DNA of 24,000 nucleotides from Halomonas sp. (lineage in GTDB: Bacteria > Pseudomonadota > Gammaproteobacteria > Pseudomonadales > Halomonadaceae). The DNA is taken from assembly GCF_034520545.1 (NCBI RefSeq), contig NZ_JAXHNN010000009.1, forward strand, positions 298,236 to 322,235. The letters run 5' to 3'. Shown here piece by piece: positions 9,011 through 16,989 of the stretch. Position numbers and translations under genes: made by a program. Position 1 is the stretch's first letter. Each line of letters opens with the position of its first letter. A model generated the notes under the pieces. It was not told the origin of the DNA, made no database searches, and worked only from the letters and a program-made list of their open reading frames with translations.

Positions 9011-9044
9011 GCTATTCCCTGCTATTCCCTGCTATTCCCCGCTA
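9011..9044. repeat. 10-bp tandem repeat (gctattccct) in the umuD-umuC gap
   Basis: Read directly: gctattccct gctattccct gctattcccc gctat. Confidence 0.9.
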
Positions 9045-9482
9045 TACCGAATACTCATGCACCACCGCCTTCACCACGCCCCAGGCCTGGCACTCCAGGT
9101 CTGCGGCGGGGATGGGGGGATAGGTAGGATTACCCGAGGTCAGGTAGGGCCGGTTGCCCAACAGTTCATAGCGTTTAACCACCAGTTCCCCTTCCACCGA
9201 GGCCACCAGAATGTGTCCCGGTCGAGGCTCGATGGCACTGTCGACCACCAGCAGATCGCCTGCGCCGATACCCAGCGCCTCCATGCTGTCACCGGTCACC
9301 GTCATTAAGAAGGTCGATGCCGGGCGCTTCACCAGACGTTCGTTGAGATCCAGGGTGCGCCCCTCGTAGTCCTGGGCGGGGCTGGGAAAGCCCGACAGCC
9401 CCGCTCGTGTCAGTGGCAAGGGAAAGGGAAGCGGCAGTGACGGCGGCTCCGGGTGAGCCAGGATCAAGGGGTCATGCGGCAT
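9042..9482 (-). CDS. umuD: UmuD, LexA-like autoprotease subunit of Pol V
   Basis: 146 aa immediately upstream of umuC. GFPSPAQDYEGRTLDLNERLVKRPASTFLMTVTGDSMEALGIGAGDLLVVDSAIEPRPGHILVASVEGELVVKRYEL has the Ser (GDSM) and Lys (VKR) catalytic motifs. Confidence 0.95.
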   Translation of the reverse strand: MPHDPLILAHPEPPSLPLPFPLPLTRAGLSGFPSPAQDYEGRTLDLNERLVKRPASTFLMTVTGDSMEALGIGAGDLLVVDSAIEPRPGHILVASVEGELVVKRYELLGNRPYLTSGNPTYPPIPAADLECQAWGVVKAVVHEYSV

Positions 9483-9499
9483 GGTGGGCTCCTATCGAT

Positions 9500-9518
9500 A
9501 CCTGATATATATACAGTA
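9500..9518 (-). promoter_or_regulatory. LexA-like (SOS box) operator upstream of umuD, with atypical spacing
   Basis: Minus strand reads TACTGTATATATATCAGGT, 18 nt upstream of the umuD ATG. The left half matches the E. coli-type consensus (TACTGTATATA), but CTG..CAG are separated by 9 nt rather than 10. Confidence 0.55.
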
Positions 9519-9769
9519 ACAGACAAGGCACCATGCCTGCCAAGCCCACAACGCCACGAAGGTAGCAAGCATCCTCAGGATGATGCTGCTAACCTGACTG
9601 AGGTACTGAGATAGCAAGGGAGTGCGAAATAGCGGCCAATTATTATCAATCGATGACCCGGATACAGGTACCGGTTGTATATCAGCTCACGACACAAAGC
9701 TGACATGCCGGAAATGGCAGCATGCACGTCCAGTCGTGCTAGCCAATTTTCTTATGGGGGTAAAATAGT

Positions 9770-11554
9770 TTGTGGTCAGATACAGAATCCGAAAAGGACT
9801 ACCTTAATTTTGGGGAAGTCTCACAGCTCGCAGTCGACATTCTTACAGCGGATGGCATGTTACCGGTCTCCGTTGGCGTTTTCGGTAACTGGGGTGCTGG
9901 GAAATCCTCCCTTTTGAAACTGATTGAGCAGGAGCTAGATCAGGATGAGAAGGACTGGATTGTTATCAAGTTCGATGCCTGGCTGTACCAGGGGTATGAC
10001 GATGCTCGGGCAGCCCTCCTGGAGGTTATCGCAACGGCACTGACCGAAGCCGCGGATGGAAACGCGAGTCTGACCACGAAAACCAAGAAACTCCTTGCCC
10101 GAGTCGATGGATTCAGGGCCATGGGGTTGCTGGCTGAGGGCGCAGCCCTGTTCGCCGGCATTCCCACCGGTGGCTTTTTCGCCAGAAGTGTTGGTGCCCT
10201 GGGTAATGCCGCTGACGGTATCGAGAATCAGGAAGAGTACGAAAATCTAGGCAATACGGTCAAGGAGGCGAAAGAGCAGGCTGGTGGCCTGTTGAAGCCC
10301 GAGACGAACAAAAGCCCGCCTCAGCAGATTGATGCTTTCCGTAAGGAATACGGGGAAATCCTGGAAGAACTTGGTGTGCCGCTAGTGGTGGTTATCGACA
10401 ACCTTGATCGCTGCCTCCCGACCAACGCCATCCATACGCTTGAAGCCATTCGGCTGTTCCTGTTCTTGACGAATACAGCCTTTATCATAGCGGCCGATGA
10501 AGAAATGATCCGTTCCTCGGTGGCCGATTACTTTAAAGGGGCATCAGACCGGCACCAGATAGACTACCTGGATAAACTGATTCAGGTCCCCATCCGAGTG
10601 CCCAAGGCTGGCGTGCGGGAAATCCGCTCCTACCTGTTCATGTTGTATGCCATCGACCACCGCCTGCCCGAAAAAATACTCGAAAAGCTCCGGGACGGTT
10701 TGGAGAAGGCCTTGCAGCAGTCTTGGAAAGACGATCCAATCACTCGTCAGGATGCCTTGGTGCTGACTGGAGAGTCGGAGGATAGCACCCTAGCCAGGGC
10801 GTTTTCCCGGGCAGACCGCATTGCGCCGGTGCTGGCCAACTCCCCTATTATCCACGGCAACCCGCGGATCGTGAAACGGTTGTTAAATGTCGTTAAAATG
10901 CGCTCACAGATTGCACGGCGCCGCTCAATGCCTTTGGACGAGGCTATCATCACCAAGCTGGTGATCTTTGAGCGATGCGTTGGTGTGAAGGCAACAGCTG
11001 ACTTCTACCGTTTGGTGGACGCCGAACAGGGAACGCCCACGCTGCTCAAGCAGCTGGAGGAAGGGGATGGCCAGATACCCGCTGACGCCCCAAAGACATG
11101 GACGGATAACCCGACCACTATATCCTTCATTAGCGAGTGGGCTCAACTCGAACCTCGTCTTAGTGGGGTCGACCTAAGGGCCGCGATTTACCTGTCTCGG
11201 GAAACCATGCCGATTGGCGCCTATGTGGTGGGGCTGTCCCCTGTAGGGCGGGAAATTCTGGATGTGCTGGTGGATACAAAGAATACCAGCTCGCCGACAG
11301 CGGAAAAGCTTTTGAACACCCTTCCTCTGGAAGAGCAAATACCAGTAATGGAAGGAGTTATAAGCCACCTGAGACAGGCTTCCGACTGGTCTCGAAAGCC
11401 CAAAGGATTTGCAGGAGCGTGCCTGCTGGCCCGCCATTCGGCCGACGCGGCCAAGATCCTAGTTCGGTATCTGCAAGAGCTGGAGCTGGGCGATAAGCCT
11501 CCAGCGTGGATGACTACACTTTTAAAAGAAGAGCAATGGCATAAGGATGCTTAA
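9770..11554 (+). CDS. qatA: QatA: KAP-family P-loop NTPase of the Qat anti-phage system
   Basis: Walker A VGVFGNWGAGKSSLLKLI, the KAP motif region IVIKFDAWLYQGYDD, and Walker B VPLVVVIDNLDRCLP. First gene of the four-gene overlapping operon; TTG start with an upstream tatgggggt RBS-like sequence. Confidence 0.93.
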   Translation: MWSDTESEKDYLNFGEVSQLAVDILTADGMLPVSVGVFGNWGAGKSSLLKLIEQELDQDEKDWIVIKFDAWLYQGYDDARAALLEVIATALTEAADGNASLTTKTKKLLARVDGFRAMGLLAEGAALFAGIPTGGFFARSVGALGNAADGIENQEEYENLGNTVKEAKEQAGGLLKPETNKSPPQQIDAFRKEYGEILEELGVPLVVVIDNLDRCLPTNAIHTLEAIRLFLFLTNTAFIIAADEEMIRSSVADYFKGASDRHQIDYLDKLIQVPIRVPKAGVREIRSYLFMLYAIDHRLPEKILEKLRDGLEKALQQSWKDDPITRQDALVLTGESEDSTLARAFSRADRIAPVLANSPIIHGNPRIVKRLLNVVKMRSQIARRRSMPLDEAIITKLVIFERCVGVKATADFYRLVDAEQGTPTLLKQLEEGDGQIPADAPKTWTDNPTTISFISEWAQLEPRLSGVDLRAAIYLSRETMPIGAYVVGLSPVGREILDVLVDTKNTSSPTAEKLLNTLPLEEQIPVMEGVISHLRQASDWSRKPKGFAGACLLARHSADAAKILVRYLQELELGDKPPAWMTTLLKEEQWHKDA

Positions 11555-12306
11555 TGGGGACTTCGCAATCGAGTACCGGCCCGGGGAGCGGTTCACCACT
11601 GATACCGCCATGGGCGGATGACCAACCACAACAACCACTGCCACAACCACAGACTAGTAGGTTCGCTCCATTTCGAAAATCTTTAGGTAGTGCTGTATCT
11701 AGCGGCAACCGAGATGATTTTAGGAAAGCTATTGGCCACTACGCTCGCAAGGCCAGCGGTGGAGGTGGGAGTGCGGCCAGGAGGATGGGGAGTGTTACCC
11801 AGGCCGGAGCCGGACTTTTTGGCACTCTGATTGGAGCTACTGCAGGCCCAGGAGAGGCCAGCGTCGATCTTGGCAGTTTGGCTGGCCTCCCATGCGAGCA
11901 GGCAATTTCCGCTATTACCCAGGCTCTGACTACAGATGACGGGGATTCGGATAAGATCCGAGCAGCCATGAATCATGCTCTGGTTGAAGCGCTGGATGGC
12001 GTGGAGACCTTTGATCCTCAATGCATCACCGACGATGTGATTGTTGATACCATGATTGGGTATTTGTCTGAAAGTATCTTCTTGCAGATGATAATGGACT
12101 CAGGCAAGGCCTGGAACAAAGCGGATACCCCCGGCCAAGCGATGCGAGCGGAAACGGAACTCCGTGAACTGGTTAAGGTTGTAGTCGATAAATTTATGGC
12201 CCCCAAACTTTCCGGCAATGTGAGAGCCGTTAACCGACAGCAAATGGCTCAAATTGAACGTCAATCCATTATCGATGCATGGAAGGAATGGGAGGCTTAC
12301 CAGTGA
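11554..12306 (+). CDS. qatB: QatB: accessory protein of the Qat system
   Basis: The ATG overlaps the qatA stop (TAATG). 250 aa, N-terminus MGTSQSSTGPGSGSPLIPPWA, Gly/Pro/Ser-rich then an alpha-helical C-terminus. Identified by size, N-terminal character and operon position between a KAP NTPase and a QueC-like gene. Confidence 0.88.
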   Translation: MGTSQSSTGPGSGSPLIPPWADDQPQQPLPQPQTSRFAPFRKSLGSAVSSGNRDDFRKAIGHYARKASGGGGSAARRMGSVTQAGAGLFGTLIGATAGPGEASVDLGSLAGLPCEQAISAITQALTTDDGDSDKIRAAMNHALVEALDGVETFDPQCITDDVIVDTMIGYLSESIFLQMIMDSGKAWNKADTPGQAMRAETELRELVKVVVDKFMAPKLSGNVRAVNRQQMAQIERQSIIDAWKEWEAYQ

Positions 12307-13607
12307 CACAATTAATATTCCATCACAACCATCAACATCTCCCACCTGCCAGTGACGACGTATTGCCCGTTCAACTTTATGGATTAATCGGGAAGGGACG
12401 AGGTGACATATCAGTAATCGGGAATCCGGTCATCGACAAGATAAAGCGCCTGGGGGTGCAAATCCCTAGCCAGGCTATGGATTTCCTGACGATTGCACTT
12501 GCGGTAACTGCCGCAGATACCTTTGTTCGCCGGGCGGATGCTGAAGATGGCTGGACCCGTCGACTTTCCCTCCATCTACCACTCCATGAACCAGCTCGAT
12601 GGCTGCCACTGACAAAGGATCTGGAGCGAGCACTGCACTTCCTGAGTGGAGATATCTGGAGCTTCAATTTCCAAAAAGGTGGATACCCACCTCCTGAACC
12701 TTATTGCTGGCCTGATCGACACAGACGTATTTCACTCAAAGGATTAGATTGTGTATGTCTGTTCTCCGGTGGCATGGATTCGGCGATTGGAGCGATTGAT
12801 CTACTGGCGCAAGGGCGTGCCCCATTGTTGGTGAGCCACTGCTATAAAGGTGATAAGAAACATCAGGACCAAGTTGCTAAAGTGCTCGAGGGGCATTATT
12901 CCCGTTTTGAGATCAACGCAGATCCACACCTGTATACAAGAAAAACAGACATCACAATGCGGACGAGAAGTCTTAATTTCCTTGCGTTTGCAGCTGTCGG
13001 CGCCTGTGCTGTACGCGCTGTATCCCAACAAGAGAATATCGACCTATTCGTGCCCGAGAATGGTTTTATCTCGTTGAATGCCCCATTGACTCCCAGACGC
13101 ACCGGTACGCTGAGTACGCGAACCACTCATCCACACTTTATCAAAAGTATCCAAGGGATTCTTGATGCGGCGGATATCCCTTGCAGAATCATTAATCCTT
13201 ACCAGTTTAAAACCAAAGGGCAGATGGCTGCTGAGTGCAAAAACAGACAGTTGCTAGAGGATGTTGTAGATAGTACGGTGTCCTGCAGCCATTGGAAACG
13301 AAAAAAAATGCAGTGTGGTATATGCGTTCCCTGCGTCATTCGCAGAGCTGCGCTTCATGCAGGAAGAATTAGTGATACCAGCTCATATAGGTTTGAAACC
13401 GTAGCTGATGTGTTAAATAAGACTGACCGTAGGGATGACATTCAGGCTTTGCGCATTGCGGTTACACAGAAAGCAACGCGGAACCCAGGGCCATGGATAG
13501 CAGATAGCGGCCCACTTCCCGTTGCGACATTCGAAGATTTTCAGAAAGTCTTTTTGGATGGCCTTTACGAGATTGAGGTTTTCCTGAAAGCCGAGGCCGC
13601 TTTGTGA
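12303..13607 (+). CDS. qatC: QatC: QueC-like PP-loop ATPase domain protein
   Basis: PP-loop motif LFSGGMDSAIGAIDLL and Cys cluster CSHWKRKKMQCGICVPCVIRRAAL. The GTG start at 12303 overlaps the qatB TGA (GTGA) and is preferred over the ORF-track start at 12279. Confidence 0.92.
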   Translation: MTQLIFHHNHQHLPPASDDVLPVQLYGLIGKGRGDISVIGNPVIDKIKRLGVQIPSQAMDFLTIALAVTAADTFVRRADAEDGWTRRLSLHLPLHEPARWLPLTKDLERALHFLSGDIWSFNFQKGGYPPPEPYCWPDRHRRISLKGLDCVCLFSGGMDSAIGAIDLLAQGRAPLLVSHCYKGDKKHQDQVAKVLEGHYSRFEINADPHLYTRKTDITMRTRSLNFLAFAAVGACAVRAVSQQENIDLFVPENGFISLNAPLTPRRTGTLSTRTTHPHFIKSIQGILDAADIPCRIINPYQFKTKGQMAAECKNRQLLEDVVDSTVSCSHWKRKKMQCGICVPCVIRRAALHAGRISDTSSYRFETVADVLNKTDRRDDIQALRIAVTQKATRNPGPWIADSGPLPVATFEDFQKVFLDGLYEIEVFLKAEAAL

Positions 13608-14341
13608 ACATCGATATGCATTGTCACCTCGATCTGTATCCGGAGCCATTCAAAGTGGCCGAGGAATGCAAAAAACGGGGTACATACGTACTGTCAGTAA
13701 CTACTACGCCCAAAGCCTGGGATGGGACCTGCAGGCTTGCTAAGGGCTGCTCACGCATTCGTACAGCGTTGGGCTTGCATCCACAAATCGCGCACCAAAG
13801 ATCACATGAGCTGGAGTTATTCGATGCGCTACTCTCAGATGCGAAGTATGTGGGAGAGATAGGGCTCGATGGGGGAAAAGGCTTTAAGGACCATTGGCAA
13901 GTGCAGCTGAAGGTATTCCGACACATACTTAATAGTGTGAATAGTGCCGGTGGTAGAGTCATGACGATACACAGTCGATCAAGCGCAGCGTCCGTGTTGG
14001 ATTTCCTCCCGGGTGTTGATGGTGTTCCGATACTTCATTGGTTTACGGGAACGCCGAGTCAACTGAGAAAAGCTATAGACATGGGGTGTTGGTTTTCCAT
14101 TAACCCATCTATGCTAGAAACGAAAAAGGGCTATAACCTTGTTGCAATGATGCCAAAAGAGCGAATTTTGACAGAAACTGATGGCCCATTTACAACCCTT
14201 TCGGGAAACACTCTATTTCCGTGGGACGCGAGCTTAGTGATTCTGAAGGTGGCATCCATCTGGAAGTGTGACATAAGCGAAGCAGAAAAAATAATAGATA
14301 ACAACTTTAAGCGGCTTTTGGTGAAGGACCATTTTTGCTAA
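13604..14341 (+). CDS. qatD: QatD: TatD-like metal-dependent DNase/hydrolase
   Basis: TatD motifs are intact: IDMHCHLDLYP (HxH), YVGEIGLDG (Glu), IHSRSSA (His), LTETDGPF (Asp). The GTG start overlaps the qatC TGA (GTGA). Confidence 0.93.
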   Translation: MNIDMHCHLDLYPEPFKVAEECKKRGTYVLSVTTTPKAWDGTCRLAKGCSRIRTALGLHPQIAHQRSHELELFDALLSDAKYVGEIGLDGGKGFKDHWQVQLKVFRHILNSVNSAGGRVMTIHSRSSAASVLDFLPGVDGVPILHWFTGTPSQLRKAIDMGCWFSINPSMLETKKGYNLVAMMPKERILTETDGPFTTLSGNTLFPWDASLVILKVASIWKCDISEAEKIIDNNFKRLLVKDHFC

Positions 14342-14445
14342 AAAGGCCGTGAACGCGGACGCATATTTCGTTCGATTTTCTCAAAAATATACGCCAGTTG
14401 GGGGTGGTGTTTACGCATGCAGTATCGGATAAGCAGGGAGACTTG

Positions 14446-14919
14446 ATGATCAAGACTGTAATACTATCGGTTAGGACCCCACAGTGGGCGAACGAAGACA
14501 GCACCGCCATTAACTGCTTGGTGAGAACTAACACTCTCCACCAGGAGGTGCCGTTTACTGCCACGCCTTATGACTCGGAGGCTCATGGGCGGGAGATTTT
14601 CGCGAGATGTCTTGCCGGTGAGTTTGGCGAAATTGCTCCGATGGAACCCAAGCATCAGCAACAGCCCCTATCACAACTCGAGCTTCCTTCGGAGTACCAC
14701 CTCCTAGAGAGGTTCCTTCTCGAGGCCAATCGAGAGAACAGCCATAAGTCTTTTCGCAGCGCTGTCATCGTTTGGGCCTCCTTACTCGATAACATTCTCG
14801 ATGAGATGCTGGAGGTCGAGGCATTGCGCGCTTCAGCTTCAGGAGAGGCTGTAGGTAAGCCACCGCGCACCCTCGATGCCCGGATCAAGCGAGCCCTTGA
14901 CGCAGGTTTAATCTCCTGA
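14446..14919 (+). CDS. Uncharacterised protein: phage-type N-terminal segment plus MltR-like C-terminal segment
   Basis: MIKTVILSVRTPQWANEDSTAINCLVRTNTLHQEVPFTATPYDSEAHGREIFARCLAGEFGEIAP resembles small phage tail-associated proteins. YHLLERFLLEANRENSHKSFRSAVIVWASLLDNILDEMLEVEAL...TLDARIKRALDAGLIS resembles the N-terminal part of MltR-like proteins and ends early. The ATG at 14446 with upstream ggagac is preferred. Confidence 0.5.
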   Translation: MIKTVILSVRTPQWANEDSTAINCLVRTNTLHQEVPFTATPYDSEAHGREIFARCLAGEFGEIAPMEPKHQQQPLSQLELPSEYHLLERFLLEANRENSHKSFRSAVIVWASLLDNILDEMLEVEALRASASGEAVGKPPRTLDARIKRALDAGLIS

Positions 14920-15043
14920 ATTCAAGCAATAAGCGCAGCATTTGGTTCACATAAGTTTGGTGCTGCATGAGAACTTTCCGATTGTCAGCTTCTGGCCGGA
15001 AGCGGCCCTGCCCGCTGAATATGGCAGGCAGGGCTCGGAACGG

Positions 15044-15418
15044 TTAGTCTTCCGTCCTCACCAACCAGCCTTCCACTGTCTCGGAACCGTACTCATCCTT
15101 CCAGGCTTTCAAGGTCTTCTGATTGCCGCCCCGCGTTTCCACCACCTCTCCAGTATTCGGGTTCTTGTAGATCTTCAGCTTGCGCTTGGCGCGACCTGAG
15201 CCTGTGCTGCCGCTGGAGCCTTTACTGGTGCTCTGTGTTGGATCCAATAGCTTGATGACGTCGGCGGCGGACTTGTCGAATTCGCGCATCAGGGTCTCGA
15301 GGTGGTTCTTGAAGTCCAACTCGGACTTGAGGCGCTCATCGTTCTCCATCTTCTTCAGCTCTTCCTGAAGCTGCTTGAGCTGTTCTTCTTTCTGCAGGTA
15401 GGTATTGAGAAATGACAC
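15044..15418 (-). CDS. MvaT/MvaU-family H-NS-like xenogeneic silencer
   Basis: VSFLNTYLQKEEQLKQLQEELKKMENDERLKSELDFKNHLETLMREFDKSAADVIKLLDP matches the MvaT oligomerisation domain, and RKLKIYKNPNTGEVVETRGGNQKTLKAWKDEYGSETVEGWL the DNA-binding domain. The GTG at 15418 has a clear AGGAG RBS; the ORF-track start at 15478 is probably too long. Confidence 0.9.
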   Translation of the reverse strand: MSFLNTYLQKEEQLKQLQEELKKMENDERLKSELDFKNHLETLMREFDKSAADVIKLLDPTQSTSKGSSGSTGSGRAKRKLKIYKNPNTGEVVETRGGNQKTLKAWKDEYGSETVEGWLVRTED

Positions 15419-15719
15419 GGGCTGACTCCTCTGATTACGGTCGGCATCGATTATGGAGGCAACTCTCTCACAGTTCAATCAGTAGGGAGTGACAGTGTTG
15501 TAGATACGCCTCCGCAGTCACCTGCAGTCTATTCTTAGCGGATACGTCTAGCCTGTTGAGTCAGTTGTTTCTGCGCCCACCATGGAAGTCTTTACCACCG
15601 GCAAACAGTCGCTCATCTAGCGTGCGACAGTCGATGTCTTGCAAAAAAAGAGAGTGCGAAAGATACCGGTGCCGCCCCGAGGGCAGCACCGGAATTTATG
15701 CCGTGATGCTGGATAAGGG

Positions 15720-16217
15720 CTACACGAATCCCCGCTCCGCCAACGACACGCAGCTCTCTCCTCCTACCACGACATGGTCGATGACCCGAACCTCGATCAG
15801 TCCCAGCGCTTCCTTGAGGCGCTGGGTGATGCGCAGGTCGGCATCGCTAGGCTCGGGATCTCCCGAGGGGTGGTTGTGGACCAGGATGACCGCGGCGGCA
15901 TTGTGTGCCAGGGCGCGCTTGACCACTTCCCGGGGGTAGACGCTGGCCGAGTCGATGGTGCCTCGGAACAGCGTCTCGAAGTGGATCACGCGGTGCTGGT
16001 TATCCAGGAAGAGCGCGCTGAACACCTCGTGCTCGTAGCCCTGGAAAAGCACTTGCAGGTACTCGAAGGCCAGCGTGGGTTGGGTCAACTTGCGCCCTCT
16101 GGCCAGTTTTCGCCGGGCGAAGCCACGAGCGATGCTTATCAGTTCGGCCTCGGTGATCGGTGAAGTGATGTGGTAGGTACCGGCGACCTCGCCGGCGCTC
16201 AGTTTGCGATGGTTCAT
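15720..16217 (-). CDS. radC: RadC/JAB-MPN domain protein
   Basis: ARRKLARGRKLTQP...YEHEVFSALFLDNQHRVIHFETLFRGTIDSASVYPREVVKRALAHNAAAVILVHNHPSGDPEPSDADLRIT contains the HxHP..SGDPEPS..D metalloprotease motif. Confidence 0.95.
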   Translation of the reverse strand: MNHRKLSAGEVAGTYHITSPITEAELISIARGFARRKLARGRKLTQPTLAFEYLQVLFQGYEHEVFSALFLDNQHRVIHFETLFRGTIDSASVYPREVVKRALAHNAAAVILVHNHPSGDPEPSDADLRITQRLKEALGLIEVRVIDHVVVGGESCVSLAERGFV

Positions 16218-16228
16218 GGGGTCTCTCC

Positions 16229-16840
16229 TCAGGCGGCCATGACCAGGGTCATGCGACGCTCCAGTTCTGCATAGAACGCCTCGACGCGCTCGGCGATGGT
16301 GTTGATCAGGGCGTCATCCCGATAGACGCGCGTGACGAACAACGGCAGGCCCGGCCAGTAGCTGACGAAATCCAGCCATTCCCGTTCGCTGACCCACAGG
16401 CCGCCCTGGCATTGCGCCACGTGTTCCTGGGGGAGCACCCCCTCGAGCAACAGCTCGACCTGGTACTTGGGCAGCTTGGTCTTGATCTCCACCAGGCCGC
16501 GGCTGTCCACCAGGCAGTCGGGGGAGTAGCCCACGCCGTGGTTGAGGATGATGCCGACCTGCTCCAGACGCGGCTGGCCGCTGGACTCGTAATAGAGGTA
16601 GCGGGCCACGGATTCGAGTTCGTGGCCGCGCTGGGTATGGGCATTGCCCGAAAAGGCATCCGAGGGCTCGCCGGTGATGCGCTCGCCGATCAGTTGGTGC
16701 ATGTAGCTGAAGGCCCCGGCGCCGAAGCCGCCCGGCCCCTTGCCTTTGACCAGCAAGGTCTTGAGCTCGGACATGGTAACGATGCCCAGACGCGCGGCAT
16801 GCCATTCGGGCGTGCCCTGTTCCAGTGTCAGGATCTGCAT
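16229..16840 (-). CDS. YqaJ-like (lambda exonuclease-type) viral recombinase exonuclease
   Basis: MQILTLEQGTPEWHAARLGIVTMSELKTLL...TQRGHELESVARYLYYESSG...YSPDCLVDSRGLVEIKTKLPKYQVELLLEGVLPQEHVAQCQGGLWVSEREWLDFVSYWPGLP, with the D..E.K nuclease motif. Confidence 0.92.
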   Translation of the reverse strand: MQILTLEQGTPEWHAARLGIVTMSELKTLLVKGKGPGGFGAGAFSYMHQLIGERITGEPSDAFSGNAHTQRGHELESVARYLYYESSGQPRLEQVGIILNHGVGYSPDCLVDSRGLVEIKTKLPKYQVELLLEGVLPQEHVAQCQGGLWVSEREWLDFVSYWPGLPLFVTRVYRDDALINTIAERVEAFYAELERRMTLVMAA

Positions 16841-16989
16841 GGTGCTCTCTCCTGGATGTTGGGTATGACGACACGGCATAGCGGCGAGGGAAGGCCCCTC
16901 GCCGGTCTATGCGGGTGTCATGGATGGTTGGGTGGATGATGGAAGTACTGAAGGAGGCGAAGTCGGGACCGCTCAGTGACGGGACCCGG

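Noticed and set aside
12279-12302. Upstream ATG of the ORF track as the qatC start
   Set aside because: It would extend 24 nt into qatB. The GTG at 12303, overlapping the qatB stop as GTGA, matches the coupling seen at the qatC/qatD junction.
9770-14341. Interpretation as a wholly new defence system
   Set aside because: The KAP NTPase / QatB / QueC-like / TatD-like order is the already described Qat system, so it is reported as a known system in an informative context.
15044-15199. Plus-strand ORF 14942-15199
   Set aside because: Antisense to the MvaT-like C-terminal domain and lacking any motif.
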